From a virus (taxonomy: Duplodnaviria > Heunggongvirae > Uroviricota > Caudoviricetes), in the IMG/VR virus record IMGVR_UViG_2698536590_000002: a DNA stretch of 11,786 nucleotides. One strand, written 5' to 3'. Positions 1-9,243 of the stretch are shown one piece after another. Every line of letters starts with the position of its first letter. Position 1 is the first letter of the stretch. A program made the translations under genes and the position numbers. The notes beneath the pieces are model-generated. The model saw nothing but the letters and a program-made list of their open reading frames with translations. It had not been told where the DNA came from and searched no databases.

Positions 1-338
1 GTAAGTTGGCAGCATCACCAGCCTTCTTGAGGCTACCACCTGTTTTCAGGTGTCATTCAGACGTGATTTGCCCCAGATTGGGAAAGCACGCTTTTTTCTC
101 AGCTATCGTCCTCTTATTTTGCCGTTACATTTCTTTTTGCACTCTAATGATTAATTTACAATAATAATATCGGTAATTATTGAGTAATAATAAATTGATT
201 ATTGCAAATGTAATTTAATTCCATCTTCGCGTTATATTTCAATCTTTAATCTCCGCATGGAACAAGTTGCATGCGTGACTATATTAAGACAACTTATAAC
301 CACCAAAACATTTGCTTTGCAAGCAAAAACAGTGACCA

Positions 339-367
339 TTGACTCTAAGAAAATTCCGATCTATTGT
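339..367 (+). promoter_or_regulatory. candidate sigma70 promoter TTGACT-N17-TATTGT
   Basis: TTGACT at 339-344, exact 17-nt spacer, TATTGT at 362-367; a near-palindrome TTTGCTTTGCAAGCAAA (311-327) lies just upstream. Sequence pattern only. Confidence 0.25.
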
Positions 368-652
368 TAGGGTCATCAAAGTTACTTAACAGTATTCCGA
401 AATGAAAATACAAAGCAAGCTAATTGTCTTATTAAACATTATTATTGCATTTATATTATTTGAGCTTTTAGCTCAAAAATTTGGTTTGAGTACATTATTT
501 TAAAGCAAGATAAACAATATCGGGCACTCTAGTTTTTATAATTAACAATTAAACGTCCATGAAATGTTATTTACTTTTCTTCGCTATTGTCATATCTTAA
601 TATAGTGGCTTACGCCACTCTACTTTCATCACATTTTGTACGTTTATGTACT

Positions 653-682
653 CGCCATGAAGCTCTTTCATGGCGATTTTTT
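653..682 (+). terminator. intrinsic terminator-like hairpin plus T-tract
   Basis: 9-bp perfect stem CGCCATGAA / TTCATGGCG (653-661 / 667-675), 5-nt loop, then ATTTTTTATT. The T-run follows the hairpin only on the plus strand. Confidence 0.4.
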
Positions 683-768
683 ATTCTTAATCCAAGAACA
701 TACTCCCTACCTATAGCAAAATCACTTTTTTAACAAAAGAATAACGTATTTAGGTAATCATTACGAAT

Positions 769-1350
769 TTACCCTATAGGTGCTACTGGCCATTCAATAT
801 CCGGTGCAGTTAATGTATCAACACGGTTCAGCAACACCCGATACTTTTTCCAGGCTTCCAGCAACAAGGTTTCTTCCTCCGTTGCGATTTCCAGATCTAC
901 AGCATCCTGAAGTGGCGCAATATGCTCACTGGCTACCTGCATCAGGCTGTTTTTTGTTTCTTCTGCCTCCCGGATCCGGAACAGTTTTTCTGCTTCCGTA
1001 TCCTTCACCCAGGCTGTGCCGTTCCACTTCTGATATTCCCCTCCCGGCGACAACCAGGTAACATTTTCCGGTAACGGACCGAGTTCAGAAATAAATAACG
1101 CGTCGCCGGAAGCCACGTCATAAACCGTTTTACCCCGATGGTCTTCAACGAGATGCCACGATGCCTCATCACTGTTGAAAACAGCCACGAAGCCTGCCGG
1201 AATATCTGGTGGTGCAATATCGGTACTGTTTGCTGGCAGACCTGTATGAGGCGGAATATATGCGTCACCTTCACCAATAAATTCATTAGTTCCGGCCAGC
1301 AGATTATAAATTTTTATGGTCCGTGCTTGTTCACTCATTCTGAATGCCAT
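769..1350 (-). CDS. tfa: tail fibre assembly protein (lambda Tfa / T4 gp38-like chaperone family)
   Basis: 193-aa ORF starting [50 protein letters not shown], recognised as the conserved Tfa N-terminal domain of lambdoid prophages. ATG overlaps the stf stop (TAATG), indicating translational coupling. Confidence 0.85.
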   Translation of the reverse strand: MAFRMSEQARTIKIYNLLAGTNEFIGEGDAYIPPHTGLPANSTDIAPPDIPAGFVAVFNSDEASWHLVEDHRGKTVYDVASGDALFISELGPLPENVTWLSPGGEYQKWNGTAWVKDTEAEKLFRIREAEETKNSLMQVASEHIAPLQDAVDLEIATEEETLLLEAWKKYRVLLNRVDTLTAPDIEWPVAPIG

Positions 1351-4300
1351 TATGCAAGCCTCACAATATAGTTAAATGCGATGTTTTTGACGGTGTTTTC
1401 CGCGTTACCCGCAGCGTTAACGGTGATGGTGTGTCCATGTGAGCCAATCGCAACGGAGTGCGTATGAGCACCAATACCGACAGTATGTGCATGTGCGCCT
1501 GCGATTGCAGCAGTGCCGGACAGCGAGTGGGTATGAGCACCATCTGATGATGTCTTCCCTGCATTACGAGTCTGGCCACTACCGCTTGTTGTGCTCATAA
1601 TCCCCGCGCTTGGATTTGAAATCGCGGTATAACCATTAGGGAAAATGCTCGTGTTCGTGCCACCAAATGCACCGGAACTCTTGTGTTGGTGCGCGCCGGC
1701 ACTATTTGCGGTCCCGCTAATACTATGGGTATGCGCCCCGGTGTTATTCGTGGATTTGGTTCCGTAATCAAACGACGATGTGGTTTTCGTCCCCAAATCC
1801 GTACTGGATGCGCTGGCGCTGTGGGTGTGCGATTTAATGCCGTCCTGTTCCTGAGACAATACGGCGCGACCACTGGCAGGTTTGCCCTTAATCGTCCAGC
1901 CACGCATATCAGGGATCACGCCTGACGGATAAGCGGCTGCAAGTTTCGGGTATGCAGATTTGTCAAAAGTCTGCCCCTGCATCAGGGCATAACCAGACGG
2001 AACGGTATCTGATGGCCACGGGATTGGTGCGCCGACTGGGTAGCTTTCTGGTGGAAGATTTTTCGAGGTATAAACTTCTGCCCAGTCTTCCTCAAAACCA
2101 TAGCCATCTCTTGAGGAACGGTAGAACAGACCTCCATTTCTGTAATGTGCCTTCATCTGCAGGGTCCGGCAACTTCCGACTCCGGTATAGAAGTTAACCA
2201 GAATATAGCTGTCGCCAGAGCGGGTGACATTGTAAGCGCCTGATTCGGCATTCCATGGAACGCCCCCATCCGCATCGGCATATGTATCCGTTGCCCTTCT
2301 GGCAAAAGCAGCCACATGCGCGGCGGTTAAAGTAATATCTTTGGAACCATCAAACTCAACACCAGAAACCAGTCTTGGCGTTTGCAGCTTTGTTGCTGTT
2401 AATGCATTACCATTCAGACTTGCGGACAGTTTGGTTCCAATAATCAGTTCGCCGGTTGCGTTATCAATAGCAAACGGTCTTAATGTATTCCAGCCACCAT
2501 AAACATCACCTTGATTGGTAAGCAGCAGGTAAGTTTTAGCGCCATCATTACGCCATAATGCACCATACTCCCCACCTATCATTCGAATCTGATTACCACC
2601 ACGCGCTACAATTTCGTCTGTGGCAAAAAGTTTTTTGCACGACAAGTTATCGTTAACGATTAACGAATGAGACTCATAAAAACCACGCCCACTCTTAAAA
2701 TCAAGGATAACGTCCGCCGCGATACATTCAGTCGCCGGATTTGTTGCCCCAAACTTATAGGTCGTATCATTAACAACGAGATCAGCACCAGGTGCGGATA
2801 TTGACAGGCCATCTTCGATAAACGCAAAAACAGGGAAAGCAGCGCCATCAACATAGAACACAGAGCGCAAATCATCGCCCTTATTACTCATCATTATTGA
2901 GTGGATGGCTCGTTCATTGTTTTGATATTGCCAGAACATTCCATAAGCATAACGCCCCCTGTCAGTCCAGCCACCAGGCATAACAAATCCGTTAAACTCG
3001 CAGTTATTCATCGGATCGCCTGCGGTTCGCGTTGCCGTGGTGATAATGACCCTTGATGCCAGTTCGCTTACTGAGCCAGCAGAACGCATAACAACAACAG
3101 GGTAATATTTTCCAGATATTGCACCTGCAGGAGCGTTAACCCGCACATAACGCATACCACGCTTATCAGCAAAGTCTGTTTTACTGACCGCGTTAATGTT
3201 GTTCAGGAAGCGTCCCTTATCGGGTATATCAGCGCCGTTCTGGTCTTTCTGCAGACGTTTCTCTGCATTGTCATAGGCTGATTTTACTGCCTTTGGCGTT
3301 GCCGCCAGCGTTTCAGACGAACTGTTGGTCGCACTGCTGAGCTGTACTATCCCCTTTTTCGTCGTACTTGCATCCTCAAGCGCCACGGCGGATGCAATAT
3401 CCTCTGCCCGTTTAGCTGCTGTCTCGGCGCGCGTTGCTGCGGATTCTGCCGTATTCTTGCTCTGTGCTGCCGCCGTCGCACTGCCAGCAGCCTCTGTTGC
3501 CTTCGTGGATGCCGTCGTGGCGCTGCCTTTCGCTGCTGATGCCTGTCTGGTCGCCTCATCTTTTGAAGCAGACGCCGATGAGGCCGATGACGCCGCCGAA
3601 CTGGCGGACGATGCGGCAGCCGTTTTTGAGGATTCTGCGCTGGTTTCCGACGCTTTCGCGTTCGTTTCGGATGTCTTCGCTGCGGAAGCTGACCTCGCTG
3701 CTGCGTTGGCCTGTTCAGTGGCTTCGCCAGCCTTCGTTGTGGCTGTTGAAGCAGACGATGCGGCACTTTCTGCCGATTTTCCGGCGGCGGTGGCACTGGC
3801 TGAGGCCTGCCCGGCACTTGTTGACGCGGCGCTGGCAGACGACGCAGCCGCTGTTTTTGAGCCTGCCGCAGCTGAGGCACTCTGTCCCGCTGCCGTTTCA
3901 GAAGACTTAGCGTTCGTCTCGGACGTTTTGGCCGCCTTCGCAGAATTTGCTGTCGCCGTTGCCGAGGAAGCTGCGCTGCTGGCGCTCGAGGCTGCGCTCG
4001 TTTCTGATGATTTTGCCGCCTCTTTTGAAGCTGACGCATCCCGGGCTGAGGTGGCAGCTTCTGACGCTTTCGTGGTCGCGGTGGATGCAGAAGTGGCTGC
4101 TGATTGTTGTGACGCTGCCGCATTCGTTTCTGACGTTTTCGCCGCAGCGGCACTGGTGGCCGCCGCGCTTTTTGAGGACTCTGCAGCGGCAGCACTTTTT
4201 TCCGCTTCAGTGGCCTTTGTTGATGCCGTTCCTGCGCTGGAAGACGCTGACTGAGCCGACGACGCGGCCTGTCCGGCTGACGTGCTGGCTGCGCGTGCTG

Positions 4301-4757
4301 AGCCTGCAGCATCAGTCGCATGGGTTGCCGCCTCACGGGCTGATGTGCCGGCATCGCTGGCTGACTTCTTCGCGGCTGCCGTGTTCTGTGCCACCGCGGA
4401 CGCGTTACGCGCCACCTCTTCCACCATCAGCTCAAAACGGCGCAGTGCCTCCGGACGGGCATCATCCTCCGTCATGGCACCAAGAAAATCATTCAGCGTA
4501 CCCGGTTGTGAGTCTTCATACACGGTGATGGTCCCGGCATGCGATGGCGGGAAGCCTTCCACCAACAGAATAACGCTGTACTGACCGTACTCAACGTCCA
4601 TGCTGTAACGCCCGGCTTCATCCGGATTTTCTGAGGCCACCGTGTTCACCACCACCGTGGTGCTGTTACGTTTTGCTTTCAGCTGGATTGTGCAGTTCTG
4701 TACCGGTTTTCCTGTGCCGTCTTTCAGTACACCTGAAATCTTTACTGCCATATTCAC
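1350..4757 (-). CDS. stf: side tail fibre protein (lambda Stf / Rac StfR-like)
   Basis: 1135-codon ORF. The track start is GTG at 4755-4757; the first ATG is two codons in (4749-4751), preceded by GGGGTG, giving [26 protein letters not shown], the conserved Stf N-terminus, so the real start is probably 4751. Ala/Ser/Thr-rich repeat shaft, conserved [50 protein letters not shown] block, C-terminal tip with seven HxH motifs, ending [11 protein letters not shown]. Confidence 0.9.
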   Translation of the reverse strand: MNMAVKISGVLKDGTGKPVQNCTIQLKAKRNSTTVVVNTVASENPDEAGRYSMDVEYGQYSVILLVEGFPPSHAGTITVYEDSQPGTLNDFLGAMTEDDARPEALRRFELMVEEVARNASAVAQNTAAAKKSASDAGTSAREAATHATDAAGSARAASTSAGQAASSAQSASSSAGTASTKATEAEKSAAAAESSKSAAATSAAAAKTSETNAAASQQSAATSASTATTKASEAATSARDASASKEAAKSSETSAASSASSAASSATATANSAKAAKTSETNAKSSETAAGQSASAAAGSKTAAASSASAASTSAGQASASATAAGKSAESAASSASTATTKAGEATEQANAAARSASAAKTSETNAKASETSAESSKTAAASSASSAASSASSASASKDEATRQASAAKGSATTASTKATEAAGSATAAAQSKNTAESAATRAETAAKRAEDIASAVALEDASTTKKGIVQLSSATNSSSETLAATPKAVKSAYDNAEKRLQKDQNGADIPDKGRFLNNINAVSKTDFADKRGMRYVRVNAPAGAISGKYYPVVVMRSAGSVSELASRVIITTATRTAGDPMNNCEFNGFVMPGGWTDRGRYAYGMFWQYQNNERAIHSIMMSNKGDDLRSVFYVDGAAFPVFAFIEDGLSISAPGADLVVNDTTYKFGATNPATECIAADVILDFKSGRGFYESHSLIVNDNLSCKKLFATDEIVARGGNQIRMIGGEYGALWRNDGAKTYLLLTNQGDVYGGWNTLRPFAIDNATGELIIGTKLSASLNGNALTATKLQTPRLVSGVEFDGSKDITLTAAHVAAFARRATDTYADADGGVPWNAESGAYNVTRSGDSYILVNFYTGVGSCRTLQMKAHYRNGGLFYRSSRDGYGFEEDWAEVYTSKNLPPESYPVGAPIPWPSDTVPSGYALMQGQTFDKSAYPKLAAAYPSGVIPDMRGWTIKGKPASGRAVLSQEQDGIKSHTHSASASSTDLGTKTTSSFDYGTKSTNNTGAHTHSISGTANSAGAHQHKSSGAFGGTNTSIFPNGYTAISNPSAGIMSTTSGSGQTRNAGKTSSDGAHTHSLSGTAAIAGAHAHTVGIGAHTHSVAIGSHGHTITVNAAGNAENTVKNIAFNYIVRLA
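3390..4409 (-). repeat. intragenic low-complexity Ala/Ser/Thr-rich tandem repeats in the stf shaft
   Basis: Stf residues ~117-456 are almost entirely A/S/T/K/E with the unit AAKTSETNA recurring three times at roughly 70-90-residue spacing. The GC-rich codons create long spurious ORFs in other frames and on the opposite strand. Confidence 0.7.
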
Positions 4758-4761
4758 CCCA

Positions 4762-4789
4762 CAAAAAAGCCCGCCTGAACCGGCGGGCT
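4762..4789 (-). terminator. rho-independent terminator downstream of lom
   Basis: Perfect 8-bp stem AGCCCGCC / GGCGGGCT (4768-4775 / 4782-4789) with a 6-nt loop; on the minus strand it is followed by a U-tract (plus-strand A-run 4763-4767). Lies between the lom stop (4816) and the stf start. Confidence 0.7.
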
Positions 4790-4815
4790 GTCATAACACT
4801 GTGTTACCTGGCTAA

Positions 4816-5415
4816 TCAGAACTTATAACCGACACCCACGATGAAACCGTCAGTGCGCCAGTCACCACTGCCGGAGCCTTCATAAGCAATATCAATGGCC
4901 ACGGATTCGGTCGGGTTAAACTGCACGCCAGCCCCCCACGCCAGAGACGTGTTGCTGTGGCGACCGTCATCACTTCCGGTCAGCACATCGTGCGTTTTCC
5001 CCTTGTTGTCAGTTACGCGGAGATAATCCCCGAAGAAAGTCGACACACGGCTGTAAGCCACACCCGCCATCGCATACGCGCTGAACCATTCATTCACGCG
5101 CACAGACGGCCCCGCCATCACGCTGAACCAGCGGTTACGCACGGAATCTTCATGCCAGCGGGTATCGCTGTAACGGGTAAGCTGGCGATTCTTGTCTCCT
5201 GCATAGCTGAATGACGTCATCAGCCCCAGTGTGTCCGTAAACTCATAACGGTATTTCACGTTAATCCCGTTCAGATTATCGCTGCCGGGAACGTTCGCCA
5301 AGGCATGAAGATACCCCGCGCTCAGCGTGGACTGATGTTCAGATGCCCATGCAGGCGCACCGGATACGGCCAGACAAATGGCTGCGGAAAAAATGGCGGC
5401 ATAAAGTTTACGCAT
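4816..5415 (-). CDS. lom: outer membrane beta-barrel protein Lom (Ail/Lom/PagC/Rck family)
   Basis: 199-aa ORF with signal peptide [24 protein letters not shown], alternating beta-strand pattern, and C-terminal GVGYKF aromatic terminus typical of outer membrane proteins. Position between J and stf matches lambda gene order. RBS GAGAGG upstream. Confidence 0.85.
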
Positions 5416-5438
5416 AATTACCTCTCGCTTTTCTGCAA

Positions 5439-5463
5439 TAAAAAAGGCACCATTTCTGGTGCC
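5439..5463 (-). terminator. rho-independent terminator between the J fragment and lom
   Basis: Stem GGCACCA / TGGTGCC (5446-5452 / 5457-5463) with 4-nt loop; on the minus strand it is followed by a U-tract (plus-strand A-run 5439-5445). Confidence 0.6.
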
Positions 5464-5484
5464 CTTATATGGGTTATAACAATT

Positions 5485-6126
5485 TCAACGAATACTGATG
5501 CCGGAAGCGGCTTTTTTGGTCACAATCACCGTACAGTCGGTGATATTACCTGCCCGCTGATTGCCTTTATGGAAAACCTTAAACTCCAGAGTGACGCTTC
5601 CCCTGCCACTCGGCATATCAATAACCGCACTGTAGCTACCGGGAATGGCCCCTTTAGTTTCTCTGGATGCGATTAATACACCGTTTTTGCGAACTTCAAA
5701 ACCATAACCCGTGTATCTTGTACCTCCCGGGTTATTACCACTTCCCGGATCGCTATACGCTATTCCGTTAAAGATAATGGGCGGAATAATGATTTGACGG
5801 TCAAAGTTATGATCATCGCTGATGGTGACTGTAACCGTCCCGTTTGGTGTTTCCGTATTACCCCACGTACCAGCCTGTTTCGGGAATGATTTGGATACAG
5901 CTTTAACGAAGTCACCTCTGACCTGAGTCGCCTCCAGCATGCCCTTAATCGTACAGTTTTCATTTACCGTGACATTGTTGAGCGTCCCGGCGTTCGCATT
6001 CACACTGCCACTGATATCCGCATTTTTAGCGGTCAGCTTTCCGTCCGGTGTCAGGGAAAATGCCGGTGGATTTCCACCGCTGGTAATGGTGGGGGCCGTC
6101 AGGCGTTTCAGGAACACGTCGTTCAT
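5485..6126 (-). CDS. C-terminal receptor-binding domain of host-specificity protein J (central tail fibre), present as a truncated stand-alone ORF
   Basis: 213-aa ORF; motifs [40 protein letters not shown] and DDH.FDRQI resemble the extreme C-terminus of lambda gpJ as I recall it. Its ATG overlaps the T stop (ATGA) exactly where H would normally start; the preceding sequence GAAGGGATCAGATATTC matches the lambda T/H junction. A full J is ~1100 aa, so roughly 900 codons plus H-I are absent. Confidence 0.6.
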   Translation of the reverse strand: MNDVFLKRLTAPTITSGGNPPAFSLTPDGKLTAKNADISGSVNANAGTLNNVTVNENCTIKGMLEATQVRGDFVKAVSKSFPKQAGTWGNTETPNGTVTVTISDDHNFDRQIIIPPIIFNGIAYSDPGSGNNPGGTRYTGYGFEVRKNGVLIASRETKGAIPGSYSAVIDMPSGRGSVTLEFKVFHKGNQRAGNITDCTVIVTKKAASGISIR

Positions 6127-6545
6127 GAATATCTGATCCCTTCTGATACTGTCATCAGCATTACGTCATCCTCCGTCATGTCCGCCACATCCGGGGAAGC
6201 GGGGATAACTTCATTCCCGTCCGGGCCAAAGCGGACACCTCCGGCAAGCCCTGCCGCTTTCTGCATCAGCACATCATCTTCAGGCTCTTCGTCAGCCTCG
6301 CGCCGGTTCAGCAGACTGAAATCCAGCGGATGCATATCCGGATCGCTGAAAAACAGGCTGAGCACGGTGTACGTCAGCCCGGAAAAGTGCATATCCAGCA
6401 GAACATCATGAAAATAATGGGTACTGTAAAAGCGGTGCCAGTCGGCATACTCCGTGGATGACATCCCGGCAAGCATGGCACGCCAGTCGGGTCGCCCCAT
6501 CTCACGCGCCAGTTTCAGGGCAAAACTCAGCTCACCGTCGAACAC
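6123..6545 (-). CDS. T: tail assembly chaperone T frame, expressed as a G-T fusion by -1 frameshift
   Basis: -1 frame relative to G with no independent ATG; reads (V)[39 protein letters not shown]...VSEGIRYS, matching lambda gpT. Confidence 0.8.
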   Translation of the reverse strand: MFDGELSFALKLAREMGRPDWRAMLAGMSSTEYADWHRFYSTHYFHDVLLDMHFSGLTYTVLSLFFSDPDMHPLDFSLLNRREADEEPEDDVLMQKAAGLAGGVRFGPDGNEVIPASPDVADMTEDDVMLMTVSEGIRYS

Positions 6546-6949
6546 TTTCCCGCAGAAACAGGCTCTGCGGGCCCGGCGTCCTCTGTCTGTTCAGGGGCAT
6601 TATTCACCACAAACTCATACATACCAGACAGCCGGTACACCACGTTTTCAGCATGAGAAATTGCCTCCGTGGGCCAGGTGGTAAGCACTTCCTGCTCAAT
6701 CTGTTTAACGGCTTCATTCATGGACGGCATCTGCGTCTTCTGCGGATGGTTATGCCACAGGGACATCGCCACCAGAAACGCGCCGGTTCTGATGGCGTCT
6801 TCCACAGTAAACTTCCGGTTGCTGTCTGACTCCGCCTGTTCTGCCTGCCGTTTCATCAGGGCGAGATGCTCAATGCGCTGCAGGGCTGACAGTTCAGAAA
6901 GCGTGACGGTCACACCGTTATGTTCAAATGATTCGGTTTTCAGGAACAT
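6527..6949 (-). CDS. G: tail assembly chaperone G
   Basis: 140-aa ORF MFLKTESFEHNGVTVTLSELSALQRIEHLALMKRQAEQ...[11 protein letters not shown], recognised as lambda gpG (same length). RBS GGAGAG upstream; sits between the V stop and the T frame. Confidence 0.85.
   Translation of the reverse strand: MFLKTESFEHNGVTVTLSELSALQRIEHLALMKRQAEQAESDSNRKFTVEDAIRTGAFLVAMSLWHNHPQKTQMPSMNEAVKQIEQEVLTTWPTEAISHAENVVYRLSGMYEFVVNNAPEQTEDAGPAEPVSAGKCSTVS
6545..6551 (-). other. programmed -1 ribosomal frameshift slippery heptamer G GGA AAG (G to G-T)
   Basis: Plus-strand CTTTCCC at 6545-6551 is GGGAAAG on the coding strand, in G frame as G_GGA_AAG (codons A-G-K of ...SAGKCSTVS). This is the canonical lambda G/T slip site, and the T frame opens exactly here. 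Confidence 0.8.
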
Positions 6950-6964
6950 CGCTGACTCTCCGGA

Positions 6965-7375
6965 TTAACTGGCGGTGACGGTAATTTCTGCAACCGCAGC
7001 AAACTCACCATTACCGGATACAACCGGAATGTTGACCTTGCCTGCAGCAACGCCGTTCACGGTGATGGTCATACCACTGACCGACACGGTGGCTTTTGTT
7101 TTATCCGCAGACACCGCACGAAAGCTCTTGTCGGTTACGCCCTCCGGCTGGAAGGCCACGGTCAGCGTGGTGCTCTGCCCTTTCACCACCGAGGTGCTGG
7201 CAGGCGTCACGGTCATGCCGGTTGCCGCTGTTACCGTGCTGCGATCTTCTGCCATCGACGGACGTCCCACATTGGTGACTTTCACCGTGCGGGTGATCAC
7301 TTCCTTCGCCGTCACCGCCTTACCGATACTGCTGACCCAGCCACGGAACACATCGATCGTGCCGTTCGGGAACCG
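6965..7375 (-). pseudogene. V: major tail protein V, C-terminal half only (includes the Ig-like domain); N-terminal ~115 codons deleted
   Basis: Frame reads [47 protein letters not shown]...AEITVTAS, matching lambda gpV from about residue 115 to its end. An in-frame TAG sits immediately upstream (7379-7381); there is no ATG or credible RBS, only an internal GTG at 7349-7351. Confidence 0.8.
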
Positions 7376-7434
7376 GCACTACCTGCTGAGGTGCCATAGG
7401 CGACACCCGTTGTTAACTTATCCATGGATTTCAT
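7372..7434 (-). pseudogene. N-terminal remnant (~21 codons) of a phage-21-type pinholin (S21 / EssD-like), fused out of frame to V
   Basis: Strong RBS GAGGTGGGG then ATG at 7434, encoding [21 protein letters not shown]. This matches the dual-start (MKSM) N-terminus of the phage 21 pinholin as I recall it ([26 protein letters not shown]...). Similarity stops after SAG (~7372) and the frame runs into V sequence out of frame. Confidence 0.55.
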
Positions 7435-8024
7435 AACCCCACCTCGCAGACAAAGCGGGTGTAAATTGAGGGAATACAACGTATCGCAAAAAAGCAGAAA
7501 CGTAACAGACTCGGAGTCAGTGAATAACTCAGGTATTGAGTTATCAGCTAATATCGAGACTCAAAAAATGGAAAAACCAGCTCGACGGCGGGTTTAAGCT
7601 GTGTGACGAAGTAACCACTCTTAACAGCATAACCAATTTTTTACGTACGTAAACCACTGAATGATATTTATGAGAATGCTACCGAGTGTTCAAAACACCA
7701 CCACAAATACATAAGAAAACCTCAACAAATAACCAATAAATAATTTCCGGCGTTATTTTTAGTTAATTTAAATTAAACCATCGAATTATAGACCCCCCCC
7801 ATAAATAACAGCCATTAATATAAATTAGCTAATAGGTTTATTTTTGTTCAAATAAGAGCCATAAATAGGTTTCGATAGAAAAAGTTCAGATAAAAATAGA
7901 GATCTACTTCACAAATTAAATGAGAAACTAAAACTTACATCTTGAAATAATCACATTGATTAGATGAATATTTATCGCGCAGTGACATCATTTTTTAATA
8001 ATAGTTCAAAAAAAAGGGCTCACG

Positions 8025-9107
8025 ATGAAAAAATTAACAGTGGCAATTTCTGCTGTAGCTGCATCAGTACTGATGGCGATGTCTGCTCAGGCAGCTGAAA
8101 TTTATAATAAAGACAGTAACAAGCTGGATCTGTACGGGAAAGTTAATGCTAAGCACTACTTCTCCTCTAATGATGCAGATGATGGTGATACTACTTATGC
8201 CCGTCTTGGCTTCAAAGGTGAAACCCAAATCAACGATCAACTGACTGGTTTCGGTCAGTGGGAATATGAATTCAAAGGCAACCGCGCTGAATCTCAAGGT
8301 TCCTCCAAAGATAAAACCCGTCTTGCCTTCGCTGGCCTGAAATTCGGTGACTACGGCTCCATCGATTACGGCCGTAACTACGGTGTAGCATACGACATCG
8401 GTGCGTGGACTGACGTCCTGCCAGAATTCGGTGGTGACACTTGGACTCAAACAGATGTGTTCATGACTGGTCGCACCACTGGTGTTGCAACTTATCGTAA
8501 CAACGACTTCTTTGGTCTGGTTGATGGTCTGAACTTTGCTGCTCAGTATCAGGGTAAAAATGACCGCACTGACGTAACTGAAGCTAATGGTGATGGTTTC
8601 GGTTTCTCCACTACTTATGAGTATGAAGGATTCGGTGTAGGTGCAACCTATGCTAAATCTGATCGCACTAATAATCAGGTTATCTACGGTAACAACGGTC
8701 TGAATGCTTCTGGTCAAAATGCTGAAGTATGGGCAGCTGGTCTGAAATATGATGCGAACAACATCTATCTGGCCACCACCTATTCTGAAACCCAGAACAT
8801 GACTGTTTTTGGTAATAACCATATTGCCAACAAAGCACAAAACTTCGAAGCTGTTGCACAATATCAGTTCGACTTCGGCCTGCGTCCATCCGTTGCTTAC
8901 CTGCATTCTAAAGGAAAAGACTTGGGTGTTTGGGGTGATCAGGACCTGGTTGAATATGTTGATGTAGGTGCAACCTATTACTTCAACAAAAATATGTCCA
9001 CTTTTGTTGACTACAAAATCAACCTGATTGATAAGAGCGATTTCACGAAAGCATCTGGCGTTGCTACCGATGATATCGTTGCTGTAGGTATGGTTTACCA
9101 GTTCTAA
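8025..9107 (+). CDS. nmpC: phage-borne general porin of the OmpC/OmpF/PhoE family (NmpC / Lc type)
   Basis: 360-aa ORF with signal peptide [23 protein letters not shown], mature N-terminus [17 protein letters not shown], porin hallmarks ([43 protein letters not shown]) and C-terminal VYQF. Matches what I recall of NmpC/Lc. Divergent from and adjacent to Q, as in DLP12. Confidence 0.9.
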   Translation: MKKLTVAISAVAASVLMAMSAQAAEIYNKDSNKLDLYGKVNAKHYFSSNDADDGDTTYARLGFKGETQINDQLTGFGQWEYEFKGNRAESQGSSKDKTRLAFAGLKFGDYGSIDYGRNYGVAYDIGAWTDVLPEFGGDTWTQTDVFMTGRTTGVATYRNNDFFGLVDGLNFAAQYQGKNDRTDVTEANGDGFGFSTTYEYEGFGVGATYAKSDRTNNQVIYGNNGLNASGQNAEVWAAGLKYDANNIYLATTYSETQNMTVFGNNHIANKAQNFEAVAQYQFDFGLRPSVAYLHSKGKDLGVWGDQDLVEYVDVGATYYFNKNMSTFVDYKINLIDKSDFTKASGVATDDIVAVGMVYQF

Positions 9108-9243
9108 TTTGATTACTAAAAGATATGTTGTGGGAGGCTTTGCCTCCCCAACATATAAGTGGCTCCCTCAAGCCACTTCCTTTAGAAGCACAACCTTGCT
9201 TCTAACTATATAAACCTTCTGTTATATATTACCCTTTATTTTT

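Noticed and set aside
1-100. Possible tRNA or tmRNA 3' end at the left edge (sequence ending in ...CATCACCA)
   Set aside because: No acceptor-stem/T-arm complementarity or GTTC box could be found; only a superficial CCA-like ending.
1-768. DNA invertase (pin) and invertible tail-fibre segment downstream of tfa, as in e14 and Rac
   Set aside because: No ORF of adequate length and no inverted crossover repeats are evident; the region is AT-rich noncoding.
780-1371. Three 77-93-aa ORFs overlapping tfa (780-1061 +, 1005-1286 -, 1138-1371 +)
   Set aside because: Alternative-frame and antisense shadows within the tfa coding region.
3325-4354. Long ORFs on both strands inside stf (309-aa Ala-rich plus-strand ORF; 335-aa Arg/Gln/Pro-rich minus-strand ORF; also 3434-3910, 3947-4528 and 4282-4584)
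   Set aside because: All fall within the GC-rich Ala/Ser repeat region of stf and translate to low-complexity strings with no start context; they are frame shadows of the real gene.
6458-7436. Plus-strand ORFs antisense to G/T and V (6458-6829, 6669-6968, 6975-7436, 7096-7278)
   Set aside because: Antisense to recognisable tail genes; no independent support.
8064-8906. 280-aa minus-strand ORF antisense to nmpC
   Set aside because: Entirely contained within the porin gene on the opposite strand; composition is Ile/Val/Thr-rich shadow with no RBS or recognisable fold signature.
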